Positions 1 through 9,687 of a stretch of 64,000 nucleotides of DNA are shown piece after piece (position 1 is the stretch's first letter; each line of letters begins with the position of its first letter). The stretch comes from an uncultured Ruminococcus sp. GTDB lineage: Bacteria; Bacillota; Clostridia; Oscillospirales; Acutalibacteraceae. The stretch lies in contig CACYFH010000001.1 of assembly GCA_902773635.1 (NCBI GenBank), positions 2,154-66,153 of the forward strand, in the 5' to 3' direction. Both the position numbers and the translations under genes were made by a program. The notes beneath the pieces are model-generated. The model searched no databases, was not told the origin of the DNA, and saw only the letters and a program-made list of their open reading frames with translations.

Positions 1-1005
1 CAACTCGAGTACTTCTATCTCGCGGCGGTTGTTCTGATCTTCCTGTTCACCGCGCTGTTCTGTCTTCTTGATAAGAAGATCTCTCCCTACTATCTGCCGC
101 ACCGCAACATCCCCGCCGGACTGATCGGTTTTGTCTTGGCGCTCGCGTTCGCGGCTGACGGTGCGATGTCGATGTTCCACATCATCGGCTCCGGTTCTAT
201 CGACGCGCTTCGTCTGATCGAGGCGATCCTTTTGCTGCTGAGCGCGATCGTCTTTGTGGTGCTCGGACTGACCCACTCGCTCAAGGGCAGCGAGGGCAAG
301 CGCTTTGCCCTGTTCAATGTGATCCCGGCGATCCTTTGCGCGATCCGCATGATCCTCGCCTTTGTATCGTTCACGACGATCTCCATTCGTCTTGCGGACG
401 TCGCGAATCTTGCGTGCTATGTGTTCGCAACGCTGTTCTTCTTCAATTACGCCGTCGCGCTCTCGCTGACCAAGGCGAAGAATGCGGTGAAGTCCTGCAT
501 GATCTTCGGCTTACCGGCGGTCGCGGCGCTGATCCCTTACGGAGCGATCAAGCTGATCTTCAGCTTTGACACCCAGGAATTGGCGAACAACCTTCCCGGT
601 GCACAAGCAGTTCTGATGGGTCTGTATATCCTCGCGTTCCTGATCGAGCTTTGCGCCTTCGTCAAGGACAGAGACAGCGTGAGAATCATCGACGAGGATG
701 AGGTCGAGGAAGTAAAGGTCGAGGCTGACGCGAAGAAGGACGGTTATGTGACCGGCGACGTGGATGAAGCGGAAGATGAACGCGAATCCTCTTATCTGCA
801 TACCGCCGACACCTCGGACTTCCTCTATCAGGAGACAAAGACTGTTGATACGACGCCTGTCTCAAATAACGAGAAGGAACTCGATTCCTATATCACGGAG
901 ACCTCTAAGGAGGACGCCGCCGACTCCGACAGACCGCGGGACTATACCAGCCGTCTCGATGAGATCGACAAGCTGATCCTGGAGATCTCGGAGCAATCCG
1001 ACTAA
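1..1005 (+). CDS. Multi-pass membrane protein with long acidic C-terminal tail (5'-truncated by window edge)
   Basis: Frame is open from base 1 (QLEYFYLAAVVLIFLF...); about 7 hydrophobic segments, then a D/E-rich tail ending RLDEIDKLILEISEQSD. Confidence 0.7.
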   Translation, partial: QLEYFYLAAVVLIFLFTALFCLLDKKISPYYLPHRNIPAGLIGFVLALAFAADGAMSMFHIIGSGSIDALRLIEAILLLLSAIVFVVLGLTHSLKGSEGKRFALFNVIPAILCAIRMILAFVSFTTISIRLADVANLACYVFATLFFFNYAVALSLTKAKNAVKSCMIFGLPAVAALIPYGAIKLIFSFDTQELANNLPGAQAVLMGLYILAFLIELCAFVKDRDSVRIIDEDEVEEVKVEADAKKDGYVTGDVDEAEDERESSYLHTADTSDFLYQETKTVDTTPVSNNEKELDSYITETSKEDAADSDRPRDYTSRLDEIDKLILEISEQSD

Positions 1006-1013
1006 GCATACAG

Positions 1014-1046
1014 CGCGCGTCTTAATGACGCGCGATTGGCTTTATT
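1014..1046 (+). terminator. Probable intrinsic terminator
   Basis: CGCGCGTC-ttaat-GACGCGCG stem followed by a T-rich tract. Confidence 0.5.
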
Positions 1047-1094
1047 GAAACTTTTTAAGGAAGGAGTCGTCGGCAGCAGACCGACCGAAGAATC

Positions 1095-2492
1095 ATGAAA
1101 CGAATCTTATCTGTTATCCTGTGCGGCCTGTTGCTTTTGACCGCCCTTCCCGTGCTGTCCGCTTCGGCTGCGGAGTCTGATTTTGTGATCGAGGACGGCG
1201 TTCTGCTCAGTTATCGCGGGAGCGATACCGCTGTCACCGTGCCCGAGGGCGTGGTCTCGATCGCCGATTCCGCATTCGAGAACAATCAGAAGATCACATC
1301 CGTTACGCTTCCGTCCTCGCTGTATACGGTCGGGAAGAACGCCTTCTCCGGCTGTGCCGCTTTATCCGCTGTCTCAGGCGGTCAAAACGTCGGCGAGGTC
1401 GGCTATCGCGCCTTCTACGGCACGCCTTATTTTGAGAATTCCACCGCCCGTTACCTGATGCTCGGGACGGTTCTGATCTGGTACAACGGCACGGCTGAAT
1501 CCGTCAGCATCCCGACCGCATGTACCGCGATCGCGCCTTATGCGTTCGCAAGATGCGATACGGTGACGTCGTTCACCGCCCATGAGGGTCTGCTCACCAT
1601 CGGCGACGGCGCGTTCTATCAGTGCGGCTCGCTCTCTGAGGTGCAGCTTCCCGCGACGCTCAGCGAGGTCGGCGCATATGCCTTTGACGGCACGCCGTAT
1701 TTACAAAGCCTGGGCGAATATCCGACCGTCGGCGACGGCGTTCTCGTGAAGTATCTGGGAACTGAGACGGATGTCGTTATCCCCGAGGGAATCAGGCGCA
1801 TTTCCCCGCGCGCGTTCTCTTCTTCTAAGCTCAGTTCCGTTATCATTCCCGACAGCGTTTACTCCGTCGATCCCTATGCCTTTGCGGATTGTACGGGCTT
1901 GACCTCGGTTGAATTCTCCGACGGTCTTGTCAATATCGGCGACGGCGCTTTCTCCGGCTGTAAGAGCATGAGCACCGTCCGCACGCCGGAGTCGCTCTCC
2001 TATCTCGGTCAGTATGCCTTCTGCGGCGATACAGCTTTGGAGAGCGCAAGCCTGATCGGAAGCGGGCTGACGGTCTCCGACAATGCGTTCAAGGATTGCA
2101 CCAATCTCCGCTATGCGCTTCTCTCAAACGGCGCGGAGCAGGTGAATGATAATGCCTTCCTGAACTGCACCGCCCTGAACGGTATTTCGGTAGGCAGTAC
2201 GGTCAAGGCGTTCAGCGGCAGTGCGCTCAGCGGATGCAAGAACGTGACTGTTTCCTGTGAGAAAGGCTCCGCCGCGGCGAACGCCGGGTACAAGACCGAC
2301 ACCCTCAAGGGCGACGTCGACAACGATCAGGAGCTGACGATCACCGACGCGACGGGCATCCAGCGTTATTTGGTACAGCTTACTGATTTTAGCGGTTTAC
2401 AGGCGGCGAAGGCGGATCTGAACTATGACGGCATCCTCGATATCTTCGACGCGTCCTACATCCAGTTGTTGCTGGCAGGGATGATCGGTTGA
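1095..2492 (+). CDS. Secreted BspA-type leucine-rich repeat (LRR_5) protein with C-terminal dockerin
   Basis: Signal peptide (..ASA-AE); repeated LxxIGxxAFxxC motifs; paired Ca-binding dockerin repeats GDVDNDQELTITDATGIQRYL and ADLNYDGILDIFDASYIQLLL. Confidence 0.9.
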   Translation: MKRILSVILCGLLLLTALPVLSASAAESDFVIEDGVLLSYRGSDTAVTVPEGVVSIADSAFENNQKITSVTLPSSLYTVGKNAFSGCAALSAVSGGQNVGEVGYRAFYGTPYFENSTARYLMLGTVLIWYNGTAESVSIPTACTAIAPYAFARCDTVTSFTAHEGLLTIGDGAFYQCGSLSEVQLPATLSEVGAYAFDGTPYLQSLGEYPTVGDGVLVKYLGTETDVVIPEGIRRISPRAFSSSKLSSVIIPDSVYSVDPYAFADCTGLTSVEFSDGLVNIGDGAFSGCKSMSTVRTPESLSYLGQYAFCGDTALESASLIGSGLTVSDNAFKDCTNLRYALLSNGAEQVNDNAFLNCTALNGISVGSTVKAFSGSALSGCKNVTVSCEKGSAAANAGYKTDTLKGDVDNDQELTITDATGIQRYLVQLTDFSGLQAAKADLNYDGILDIFDASYIQLLLAGMIG

Positions 2493-2512
2493 TGATTTTT
2501 GAAAATTAGATA

Positions 2513-2541
2513 TTGACAGCCGCCGATCTCGGTGGTATCAT
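2513..2541 (+). promoter_or_regulatory. SigA promoter for thrS leader
   Basis: TTGACA-17 nt-TATCAT with an extended -10 TG. Confidence 0.8.
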
Positions 2542-2554
2542 ATCAAGAGATAAA

Positions 2555-2780
2555 GTTCGTTGATGGAGACAATGCCTGCGACAGGGCGTCACAGAGAGCC
2601 GTCGGTCGGTGCGAGACGGTACAAAGCGCCGCAGGATACCACTCCGGAGATCGCTCAGGAAATGGAGCGACGCTCGCCGCGTTAAAAGCGTGAATGAGGG
2701 TACGGCAACGTACCGAATCAGGTGGAACCGCGTATAGTACGCCCTGTTATTTCTTCGGAAATAGCAGGGCTTATATTTTT
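2555..2780 (+). ncRNA. T-box riboswitch (Thr specifier ACC)
   Basis: AGAGAGCC and GGTGCGAGA stem I motifs; specifier ACC at 2638-2640; CGTTA F-box-like element; T-box AATCAGGTGGAACCGCG at 2716-2732; terminator GCCCTGTTATTTC-ttcg-GAAATAGCAGGGC plus U tract; lies upstream of thrS. Confidence 0.92.
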
Positions 2781-2781
2781 A

Positions 2782-2814
2782 TAACTGATCACCGGTCACT
2801 TACCGCTGATCACT
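2782..2814. repeat. Left arm of 33-bp inverted repeat (RCTGAYC-like heptamers) flanking thrS
   Basis: TAACTGATCACCGGTCACTTACCGCTGATCACT; 31/33 identical to the reverse complement of 4777-4809. Confidence 0.9.
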
Positions 2815-2833
2815 GATGAAGGAGAAGATAATT

Positions 2834-4777
2834 ATGATCAATGTTGAACTCAAGGGCGGCGTTGTCCGGCAATTTGAGGAGAATATCACCCCCGCCGAGA
2901 TCGCAAAGTCGATCTCTATGGGACTTTATAAGAACGTCTGCGCGGCGCTCGTGGACGGCAAGGTCTGCGACCTGCGTACCGCGCTGACCGCAGACTGCAA
3001 GGTCGAGTTGCTGACCTTCGACGATGAAGAGGGCAAGAAGGCTTTCTGGCACACGACCTCTCACATCCTCGCACAGGCTGTCAAGCGCCTGTACCCCGAG
3101 GCGAAGCTCACCATCGGTCCGTCCATCGACGAGGGTTTCTACTATGATTTCGACATTCCGAAGTTCTTTGATAACGATGATATCGCGAAGATCGAGGCGG
3201 AGATGAAGAAGATCGTCAAGTCCGGCGTCGAGATCAGCCGCTTTGAGAAGGCGCCCGCCGACGCGATCGCATATCTTGAAGAGATGGGCGAACCCTATAA
3301 GGTGGAGCTCGCCAGTGAGCACGCCGACAAGGGCGAGCCGATCAGCTTCTATAAGCAGGCGGAGTTCGTCGACCTCTGTGCGGGTCCTCACCTCATGAGC
3401 GTCGCGCCCGTCAAGGCGTTCAAGCTGACCAACTGCACCGGCGCTTACTGGCGCGGCGACGCGAAGAACCACCAGCTCTGCCGTGTTTACGGCATTTCCT
3501 TCCCGAAGGCTTCTATGCTGGAGGAATATATCACGAAGAGGGAAGAGGCATTAAAGCGCGATCACAACAAGCTCGGCAGAGAGCTGGAGCTGTTCACCAC
3601 CGTTGATTACATCGGTCAGGGTCTGCCGATCATGCTTCCGAAGGGCGCGCGCATCATCCAGCTTTTACAGCGCTGGATCGAGGATCTTGAGCAAAAGAAC
3701 GGCTGGCAGCTCACCAAGACTCCCTTTATGGCGAAGTCCGACCTCTACAAGATCAGCGGTCACTGGGATCACTATCAGGACGGCATGTTCATCCTCGGCG
3801 ATCCCGATAATGACAGCGAAGTCTACGCCCTGCGTCCGATGACCTGTCCCTTCCAGTATCAGGCATACCTCAACCGCGGCAGAAGCTACCGCGACCTGCC
3901 AATGCGCCTGAACGAGACCTCGACCCTGTTCCGCAACGAGGCGAGCGGCGAGATGCACGGTCTGATCCGCGTCCGTCAGTTCACCATTTCCGAGGGTCAT
4001 CTCATGTGCACCCCCGAACAGCTCGAGGGCGAGTTCGAGCACTGTCTGAACCTCGCGATCTACTGTTTAAAGACTCTGGGTCTGTATGAGGACGTCTCCT
4101 ACCGCTTCTCCCAGTGGGATCCCAACGACCGTGAGAAGTACATCGGTACGGAAGAGGATTGGAACAACGTTCAGGGCATGATGGGCAAGATCCTCGACGA
4201 CCTCGGCATCAATTACAAGATCGGTATCGGCGAGGCGGCGTTCTACGGCCCGAAGCTCGATATCCAGATCAAGAACGTATTCGGTAAAGAGGACACCCTC
4301 ATCACCATCCAGATCGACCCGATGATCGCGGAGAAATTCGGCATGGAATATGTCGACCGTGACGGCGTGAAGAAGCATCCGTACATCATCCACCGCACCT
4401 CAATCGGCTGTTATGAGCGCACCCTCGCTCTGTTGATCGAGAAGTACGCCGGCGCGTTCCCGCTCTGGCTCGCTCCCGTACAGGTTCGCCTGCTGCCGAT
4501 CGCAGACCGTCATCACGACCGCGTCTACGAGATCAAGAAGGCGCTTGACGAGATGGGCATGCGCGTAGAGGTCGACGACAGAAACGAGAAGATCGGTTAC
4601 AAGATCCGCGAGTGCCAGGTACAGAAGATCCCGTACATGGTCATCATCGGCGACAAGGATATTGAGAACAACACCGTTTCTATCCGTCACCGCAAGGAAG
4701 GCGACCTCGGCTCGATGTCTCTCGAGGACTTCATGGCGAAGATGAAGGCGGAGATCGATTCTAAGGAAATCAAGTGA
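2834..4777 (+). CDS. thrS: Threonine--tRNA ligase
   Basis: TGS domain; HTTSHILAQA editing motif; DLCAGPH; RDHNKLG; LRPMTCP; AAFYGPKLD; IIHR; anticodon-binding domain; RBS AAGGAG before ATG 2834. Confidence 0.98.
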   Translation: MINVELKGGVVRQFEENITPAEIAKSISMGLYKNVCAALVDGKVCDLRTALTADCKVELLTFDDEEGKKAFWHTTSHILAQAVKRLYPEAKLTIGPSIDEGFYYDFDIPKFFDNDDIAKIEAEMKKIVKSGVEISRFEKAPADAIAYLEEMGEPYKVELASEHADKGEPISFYKQAEFVDLCAGPHLMSVAPVKAFKLTNCTGAYWRGDAKNHQLCRVYGISFPKASMLEEYITKREEALKRDHNKLGRELELFTTVDYIGQGLPIMLPKGARIIQLLQRWIEDLEQKNGWQLTKTPFMAKSDLYKISGHWDHYQDGMFILGDPDNDSEVYALRPMTCPFQYQAYLNRGRSYRDLPMRLNETSTLFRNEASGEMHGLIRVRQFTISEGHLMCTPEQLEGEFEHCLNLAIYCLKTLGLYEDVSYRFSQWDPNDREKYIGTEEDWNNVQGMMGKILDDLGINYKIGIGEAAFYGPKLDIQIKNVFGKEDTLITIQIDPMIAEKFGMEYVDRDGVKKHPYIIHRTSIGCYERTLALLIEKYAGAFPLWLAPVQVRLLPIADRHHDRVYEIKKALDEMGMRVEVDDRNEKIGYKIRECQVQKIPYMVIIGDKDIENNTVSIRHRKEGDLGSMSLEDFMAKMKAEIDSKEIK

Positions 4778-4809
4778 GTGATTAGCGGTCAGTGACCGGT
4801 GATCAGTTA
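4777..4809. repeat. Right arm of 33-bp inverted repeat flanking thrS
   Basis: AGTGATTAGCGGTCAGTGACCGGTGATCAGTTA, beginning on the last base of the thrS stop codon. Confidence 0.9.
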
Positions 4810-4827
4810 GCGTATATCAGAGGTAAA

Positions 4828-5625
4828 ATGAGCAGAAGGCTGAGAAATATCAAACCGAGAAAAGTGAATCGCGGCGCCTTTGAGGAACAGAAGCAGCGGG
4901 AAGAAAAGAAGCTGGAGACGCAGCGCGCTCTGCTTTTCATCCTTCCGCTCTTGATGGTCGCGGTGCTTTTGGTGGGTATCTTCTTCGGCTACAAGTTCTA
5001 TCAGAATGAGAACAGGGATCATGACGCCGTCGCGCCCTCCGACGCCGCCGGCGGTGATCCTTACGCATCGAATCCGATGTTCTACCGCGCCGTCAGCTCG
5101 GCGACGCCGCTTGATCAGAGCTTTGTGCCCGAGACAGAGGAGTGCTGTGGGGTGCAGGTCGCGCCCGAGATGAAGAACGCTCTGGAGCGTCTTGTCGCGG
5201 ACGGCAGGGAAAAGGGCTATGATTTTCTCGTCCGAGAGGGCTATATTTCTTTTGAAGAACAAAAGACCCGCTATGAGAAGATGGTCGAGACCTACCGCAA
5301 GGATAAGAAGGCGAGTCTCGTCATGGCAGAGATGCAGGTCAGACGCACGATCCCGCCCGCGGGTGAGAGCGAACAGCAGACCGGACTTCTGGTCGATCTG
5401 TCCGTGAAAACGGACGGCAAGTTTGCTGATACGCCCGCCTACGCGTGGCTTGTCCGCAACTGCGTGGGCTACGGCTTCATCCTGCGCTATCCCGACCAGG
5501 AGAACACCGGAGGACTGGCGTATAACTCTCACCTGTTCCGCTTCGTCGGAGAGGAGAACGCCTACCGCATGCGGGCTTTGGATATGAGCTTTGACCGCTA
5601 TATCCGATACATTTCCGCCCATTGA
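4828..5625 (+). CDS. Membrane-anchored M15B/VanY-like D,D-carboxypeptidase homolog with degenerate active site
   Basis: N-terminal TM segment; GESEQQTGLLVD (cf. SxHxxGxAxD); GFILRYP; NSHLFRFVG (cf. EPWHxRYVG). Confidence 0.8.
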   Translation: MSRRLRNIKPRKVNRGAFEEQKQREEKKLETQRALLFILPLLMVAVLLVGIFFGYKFYQNENRDHDAVAPSDAAGGDPYASNPMFYRAVSSATPLDQSFVPETEECCGVQVAPEMKNALERLVADGREKGYDFLVREGYISFEEQKTRYEKMVETYRKDKKASLVMAEMQVRRTIPPAGESEQQTGLLVDLSVKTDGKFADTPAYAWLVRNCVGYGFILRYPDQENTGGLAYNSHLFRFVGEENAYRMRALDMSFDRYIRYISAH

Positions 5626-5678
5626 GCCGCTTTTGAGCGCGATTCTCAAAAAATATTCCGAAAAAAGTAAAAAAGTGC

Positions 5679-5707
5679 TTGCTTTTTGCATTTTGTTCGT
5701 GTATAAT
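5679..5707 (+). promoter_or_regulatory. SigA promoter for rpmE
   Basis: TTGCTT-17-TATAAT. Confidence 0.6.
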
Positions 5708-5748
5708 TACTTTGTTATTTATGGCTAAATGTGAAAGAGGTGAAAGAA

Positions 5749-5952
5749 ATGCAGGAGAAAATCCATCCTAATTATGGCCAGACCACCATCACCTGCGCTT
5801 GCGGCAACGTGATCGAGACCGGCTCCACTAAGAAGGATATCCGTGTTGAAATCTGCTCCAAGTGCCATCCCTTCTTCACCGGTAAACAGAAGCTTGTTGA
5901 TACAGGCGGCCGTGTTGACCGTTTCAAGAAGCGTTTCGGTATGGACAAATAA
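5749..5952 (+). CDS. rpmE: 50S ribosomal protein L31 (Zn-binding type)
   Basis: [40 protein letters not shown]. Confidence 0.97.
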   Translation: MQEKIHPNYGQTTITCACGNVIETGSTKKDIRVEICSKCHPFFTGKQKLVDTGGRVDRFKKRFGMDK

Positions 5953-5961
5953 TTTCGAGCT

Positions 5962-5990
5962 TAAGGCGGTACAGCAGTACCGCCTTACTT
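5962..5990 (+). terminator. Intrinsic terminator-like hairpin after rpmE
   Basis: TAAGGCGGTAC-agca-GTACCGCCTTA perfect stem. Confidence 0.6.
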
Positions 5991-6023
5991 AGTTATTCAG
6001 CGCAATTGCGCGAAAGCTGATTT

Positions 6024-6638
6024 ATGAATACCTATAAGACTGTTCGGCAGTTCGCCTCTGACGAGCTTGTGGAGAAGCGCTCGCGCTTCATCGGCTACTG
6101 TAAGCCCGTGACCACGCAGGACGAGGCGGTCGCCTTTATCAATGAGATCAAAACCAAACACTGGGACGCGCGGCATAATGTGTATGCCTATGTGATCCGC
6201 TCCGAGGGCGTCTCGCGCTACAGCGACGATAACGAACCGCAGGGGACTGCGGGGATACCCGTCCTCGACGCGATCCGCAAGCGCGATATCACGGACTGCG
6301 TTGTGGTGGTGACGCGCTACTTCGGCGGCGTTCTGCTGGGTGCGGGCGGCTTGGTGCGCGCGTACTCGGCGGCGGCAAAGCTCGCCATCGACGCGGCTCA
6401 GGAGCGCGAGATGGTGATGTGCTCCGTCTGCACGCTCTCCTGTTCCTATACCATGTACGGGAGGATCCCAGCGCTGATCGCTTCCTTTGACGGCATGGTG
6501 GACGATTCCTCCTTTACGGACGAGGTCTCGCTCGTGTTCCATCTGCCTGAGGACAAGCTCCCTGCGCTGAACAAGGCGCTGAGCGAGGAATCCTCCGGCA
6601 AGCTGCAGGCTGCGGAAACGGATAAAAAATATTTTTGA
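6024..6638 (+). CDS. YigZ/IMPACT family protein
   Basis: EKRSRFIG, ARHNVYAY, SDDNEPQGTAG, VVVVTRYFGGVLLGAGGLVRAY. Confidence 0.92.
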   Translation: MNTYKTVRQFASDELVEKRSRFIGYCKPVTTQDEAVAFINEIKTKHWDARHNVYAYVIRSEGVSRYSDDNEPQGTAGIPVLDAIRKRDITDCVVVVTRYFGGVLLGAGGLVRAYSAAAKLAIDAAQEREMVMCSVCTLSCSYTMYGRIPALIASFDGMVDDSSFTDEVSLVFHLPEDKLPALNKALSEESSGKLQAAETDKKYF

Positions 6639-6753
6639 CAAAATTTTTGAAAAAATAAAGGGTAAAGCATAAAATCGGCGTAAATAATATATGTAGGTTT
6701 ATTTTGGGTGAATAATGCCCGCTTTTGCGGGAGAGTGAAGAAAGAGAGAGATT

Positions 6754-8523
6754 ATGGCGCGTTTATCGGATGACTTTATCAGTGAGATCAAATATCGCAA
6801 CGACCTCGGCGAGCTGGCGGCATCATACATGCAACTCAAGCGCAGAGGTCGCAATCTTGTCGGACTGTGTCCTTTCCACGGTGAAAAGACGCCGTCCTTC
6901 AACATCTATACGGAGAACGGCTCTTTCTACTGCTTCGGCTGCGGGGTCGGGGGCGACGTGATCACCTTCGTCATGAAGATCGAGAACCTCGATTACATGG
7001 AGGCGGTGAAGTACCTCGCCCAGCGTGCGGGCATGGCGCTGCCGGAGGACGATTACGACGATTCCATGAATCGCCTGCGTACCCGCATCTATGAAGCCAA
7101 CCGCGAGGCGGCGCGCTTCTTCTACAGCACGCTGAACTCGCCTCAGGGCGCGGAGGGTCTGCAATACCTGAGAAGCCGCGCGCTCACCGACAGGACGATC
7201 CGCCACTTCGGGCTGGGCTTTGCGCCGGACGAGCGCTTCGCTCTGGGCAACCACCTGCGCTCCCGCGGGTTCACCGAGGCGGAGATGATCGCCGCTAATC
7301 TGGTGTTCAAGTCGCGGTCGGGCAATTCCGTCCTAGACCGCTTTTATAACCGCGTGATGTTCCCGATCATTGATGTGCGCGGCAACGTGATCGCCTTCGG
7401 CGGGCGTATCATGACCGATCAAAAGCCGAAATATCTGAACACCTCCGACACGCCGGTGTTCAACAAAAGCTACAACCTGTTCTCGCTGAACAACGCGAAG
7501 AACAGCAAGGAGGACTCCCTGATTCTCTGCGAAGGCTATATGGACGTCATCGCGCTGAATCAGGCGGGCTTCACCAATGCAGTCGCCACCCTCGGCACGG
7601 CGCTGACGACCGATCAGGCGACCCTGATGAAGCGGTACTGCAAGGAGGTCATCCTCTGCTACGACGCGGATGAAGCGGGTCAGAAGGCGACCCAGCGCGC
7701 GATCGGTATTCTCAGAAACGTGGGTCTCGCCGTGAGGGTCATCAGTATCCCTGAGGGCAAGGACCCGGATGAATTCCTCCGCAAATACGGCTCCAAGGGT
7801 CACGCCGCCTTCCAAAATGTTCTTGACGGCAGCGGCAACGATCTGGATTATCAGCTTTCCAGGCTTAAATCGCGGTTCGATATGAGCGCTTCTCAGGGGA
7901 AGCTCGGCTACCTCAACGAAGCTGTCAAGCTGCTCTGCACCCTCGACAACCCGATGGAGCGCGATATTTACGCGTCCCGATTAGCTGATGAGACGGAGGT
8001 CGCCAAGGCTTCTATCGTCGAGCAGATCAACCGTGGACTGCGGCAGAAGAATCGTACCCGAAAACGCGAGGAATTCTCAAAGCTGCAGAAGGATATCTCC
8101 GCGCGGGACGACAAGGTCAATCCCCAGCATGCGGCGAATCTGCGCGCCGCGACGGCGGAGGAGAACCTGATCGCCTATCTGGTGCACCACCCCGACCGCC
8201 TGAGTTACATCCACGAGCGACTGAGGGAAGAGGACTTCGCAACGGATTTCAACCGCAAGTTATACGCATATTTCTCTCGGAGAATATTAATGAATACCGA
8301 TCCGACGGTCACGATTTCCGCTGACTTCACCTCGGACGAGCAGTCTAAGGTCTATCGGATCATCAATTCCTATGAGCCCGCCGGCGCTTCGCCCAAGGCT
8401 CTGGATGAATACATCGGGATCATTCTGGACGAAAAGCAAAAGCCCAGCGAGCAGGAGATACGCAACAGCACGCCGGACGAATTCACCTCGATGCTCTCGA
8501 AGCTGAAGGAAAAACGTCAATAA
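6754..8523 (+). CDS. dnaG: DNA primase
   Basis: CPFHGEKTPSF..CFGC Zn finger; KYLNTSDT; TOPRIM motifs EGYMDVIAL and YDADEAG; KDPDE. Confidence 0.97.
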   Translation: MARLSDDFISEIKYRNDLGELAASYMQLKRRGRNLVGLCPFHGEKTPSFNIYTENGSFYCFGCGVGGDVITFVMKIENLDYMEAVKYLAQRAGMALPEDDYDDSMNRLRTRIYEANREAARFFYSTLNSPQGAEGLQYLRSRALTDRTIRHFGLGFAPDERFALGNHLRSRGFTEAEMIAANLVFKSRSGNSVLDRFYNRVMFPIIDVRGNVIAFGGRIMTDQKPKYLNTSDTPVFNKSYNLFSLNNAKNSKEDSLILCEGYMDVIALNQAGFTNAVATLGTALTTDQATLMKRYCKEVILCYDADEAGQKATQRAIGILRNVGLAVRVISIPEGKDPDEFLRKYGSKGHAAFQNVLDGSGNDLDYQLSRLKSRFDMSASQGKLGYLNEAVKLLCTLDNPMERDIYASRLADETEVAKASIVEQINRGLRQKNRTRKREEFSKLQKDISARDDKVNPQHAANLRAATAEENLIAYLVHHPDRLSYIHERLREEDFATDFNRKLYAYFSRRILMNTDPTVTISADFTSDEQSKVYRIINSYEPAGASPKALDEYIGIILDEKQKPSEQEIRNSTPDEFTSMLSKLKEKRQ

Positions 8524-8571
8524 TTCAAATTTACATATCAAAGAGTAAGGTACATGAAAGGATGATGCGTA

Positions 8572-9675
8572 ATGGCAACAGAGAAGAAGAGCCTTTTAAG
8601 AGAACTGACCGACCTCGCGAAGGCGAAGGGCAATATCACCAGCCAGGATATCCTCGACGCAATCGGCGAGATGGATATCGACCCCGAACAGCTCGAAAAG
8701 CTGTATGACGCGCTGGAAGCAGCCGGCATCGAGATCGTGGAGACGGATATCGAGGAGGATCTCAACCTCGATAACCTGAATCTCGACGAGACCGTCAAGA
8801 GTGAGGACGGCTCCGAGCCGCTTCCCGCAGAAGGCTCCGATAACATCACCATCGACGACCCCGTCAAGGTCTACCTCAAGGAGATCGGCCGCGTTCCGTT
8901 GCTGACCCCTGAGGAGGAGATCGACCTCGCGATCCGTATCTCCAACGGCGACGTCGCCGCGAAGAAGCGCCTGAGCGAAGCAAACCTCAGACTGGTCGTC
9001 AGCATCGCCAAGCGCTACCTCGGCAGAGGTATGCACTTCCTCGACCTGATCCAGGAGGGCAATCTCGGTCTGATCAAGGCGGTCGAGAAGTTCGACTACA
9101 CCAAGGGCTTCAAGTTCTCGACCTACGCGACGTGGTGGATCCGTCAGGCGATCACCCGCGCCATCGCCGACCAGGCGCGTACCATCCGCATCCCCGTCCA
9201 TATGGTGGAGACCATCAACAAGGTCAAGAAGGTCTCCTCTCAGCTTCTCCACCTCAACGGCAGAGAGCCTTCCGCCGACGAGATCGCCGAGGAGCTGAAT
9301 ATGCCTGTCGATAAGGTGCGCGAGATCATGCGCGTCGCTCAGGAGCCTGTCTCTCTGGAGACCCCGATCGGTGAGGAGGAGGACAGCCATCTGGGCGACT
9401 TCATCCCCGACGATGATGCTCCCGCTCCCGCTGACGCTGCTTCCCATACCATGCTCCGTGAGCAGCTCATGGAGGTGCTCGACACCCTGACTCCCCGTGA
9501 GGAGAAGGTGCTCAGACTGCGCTTCGGTCTTGAGGACGGACGCAGCCGCACCCTTGAGGAGGTGGGCAAGGAGTTCAACGTCACGCGCGAACGTATTCGT
9601 CAGATCGAAGCGAAAGCGCTCCGCAAGCTCCGCCATCCATCGCGTTCGAAAAAGCTCAAGGACTTCCTTGATTGA
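8572..9675 (+). CDS. rpoD: Primary RNA polymerase sigma factor SigA/RpoD
   Basis: [55 protein letters not shown]; follows dnaG. Confidence 0.98.
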   Translation: MATEKKSLLRELTDLAKAKGNITSQDILDAIGEMDIDPEQLEKLYDALEAAGIEIVETDIEEDLNLDNLNLDETVKSEDGSEPLPAEGSDNITIDDPVKVYLKEIGRVPLLTPEEEIDLAIRISNGDVAAKKRLSEANLRLVVSIAKRYLGRGMHFLDLIQEGNLGLIKAVEKFDYTKGFKFSTYATWWIRQAITRAIADQARTIRIPVHMVETINKVKKVSSQLLHLNGREPSADEIAEELNMPVDKVREIMRVAQEPVSLETPIGEEEDSHLGDFIPDDDAPAPADAASHTMLREQLMEVLDTLTPREEKVLRLRFGLEDGRSRTLEEVGKEFNVTRERIRQIEAKALRKLRHPSRSKKLKDFLD

Positions 9676-9687
9676 TTATCTTTCGCC

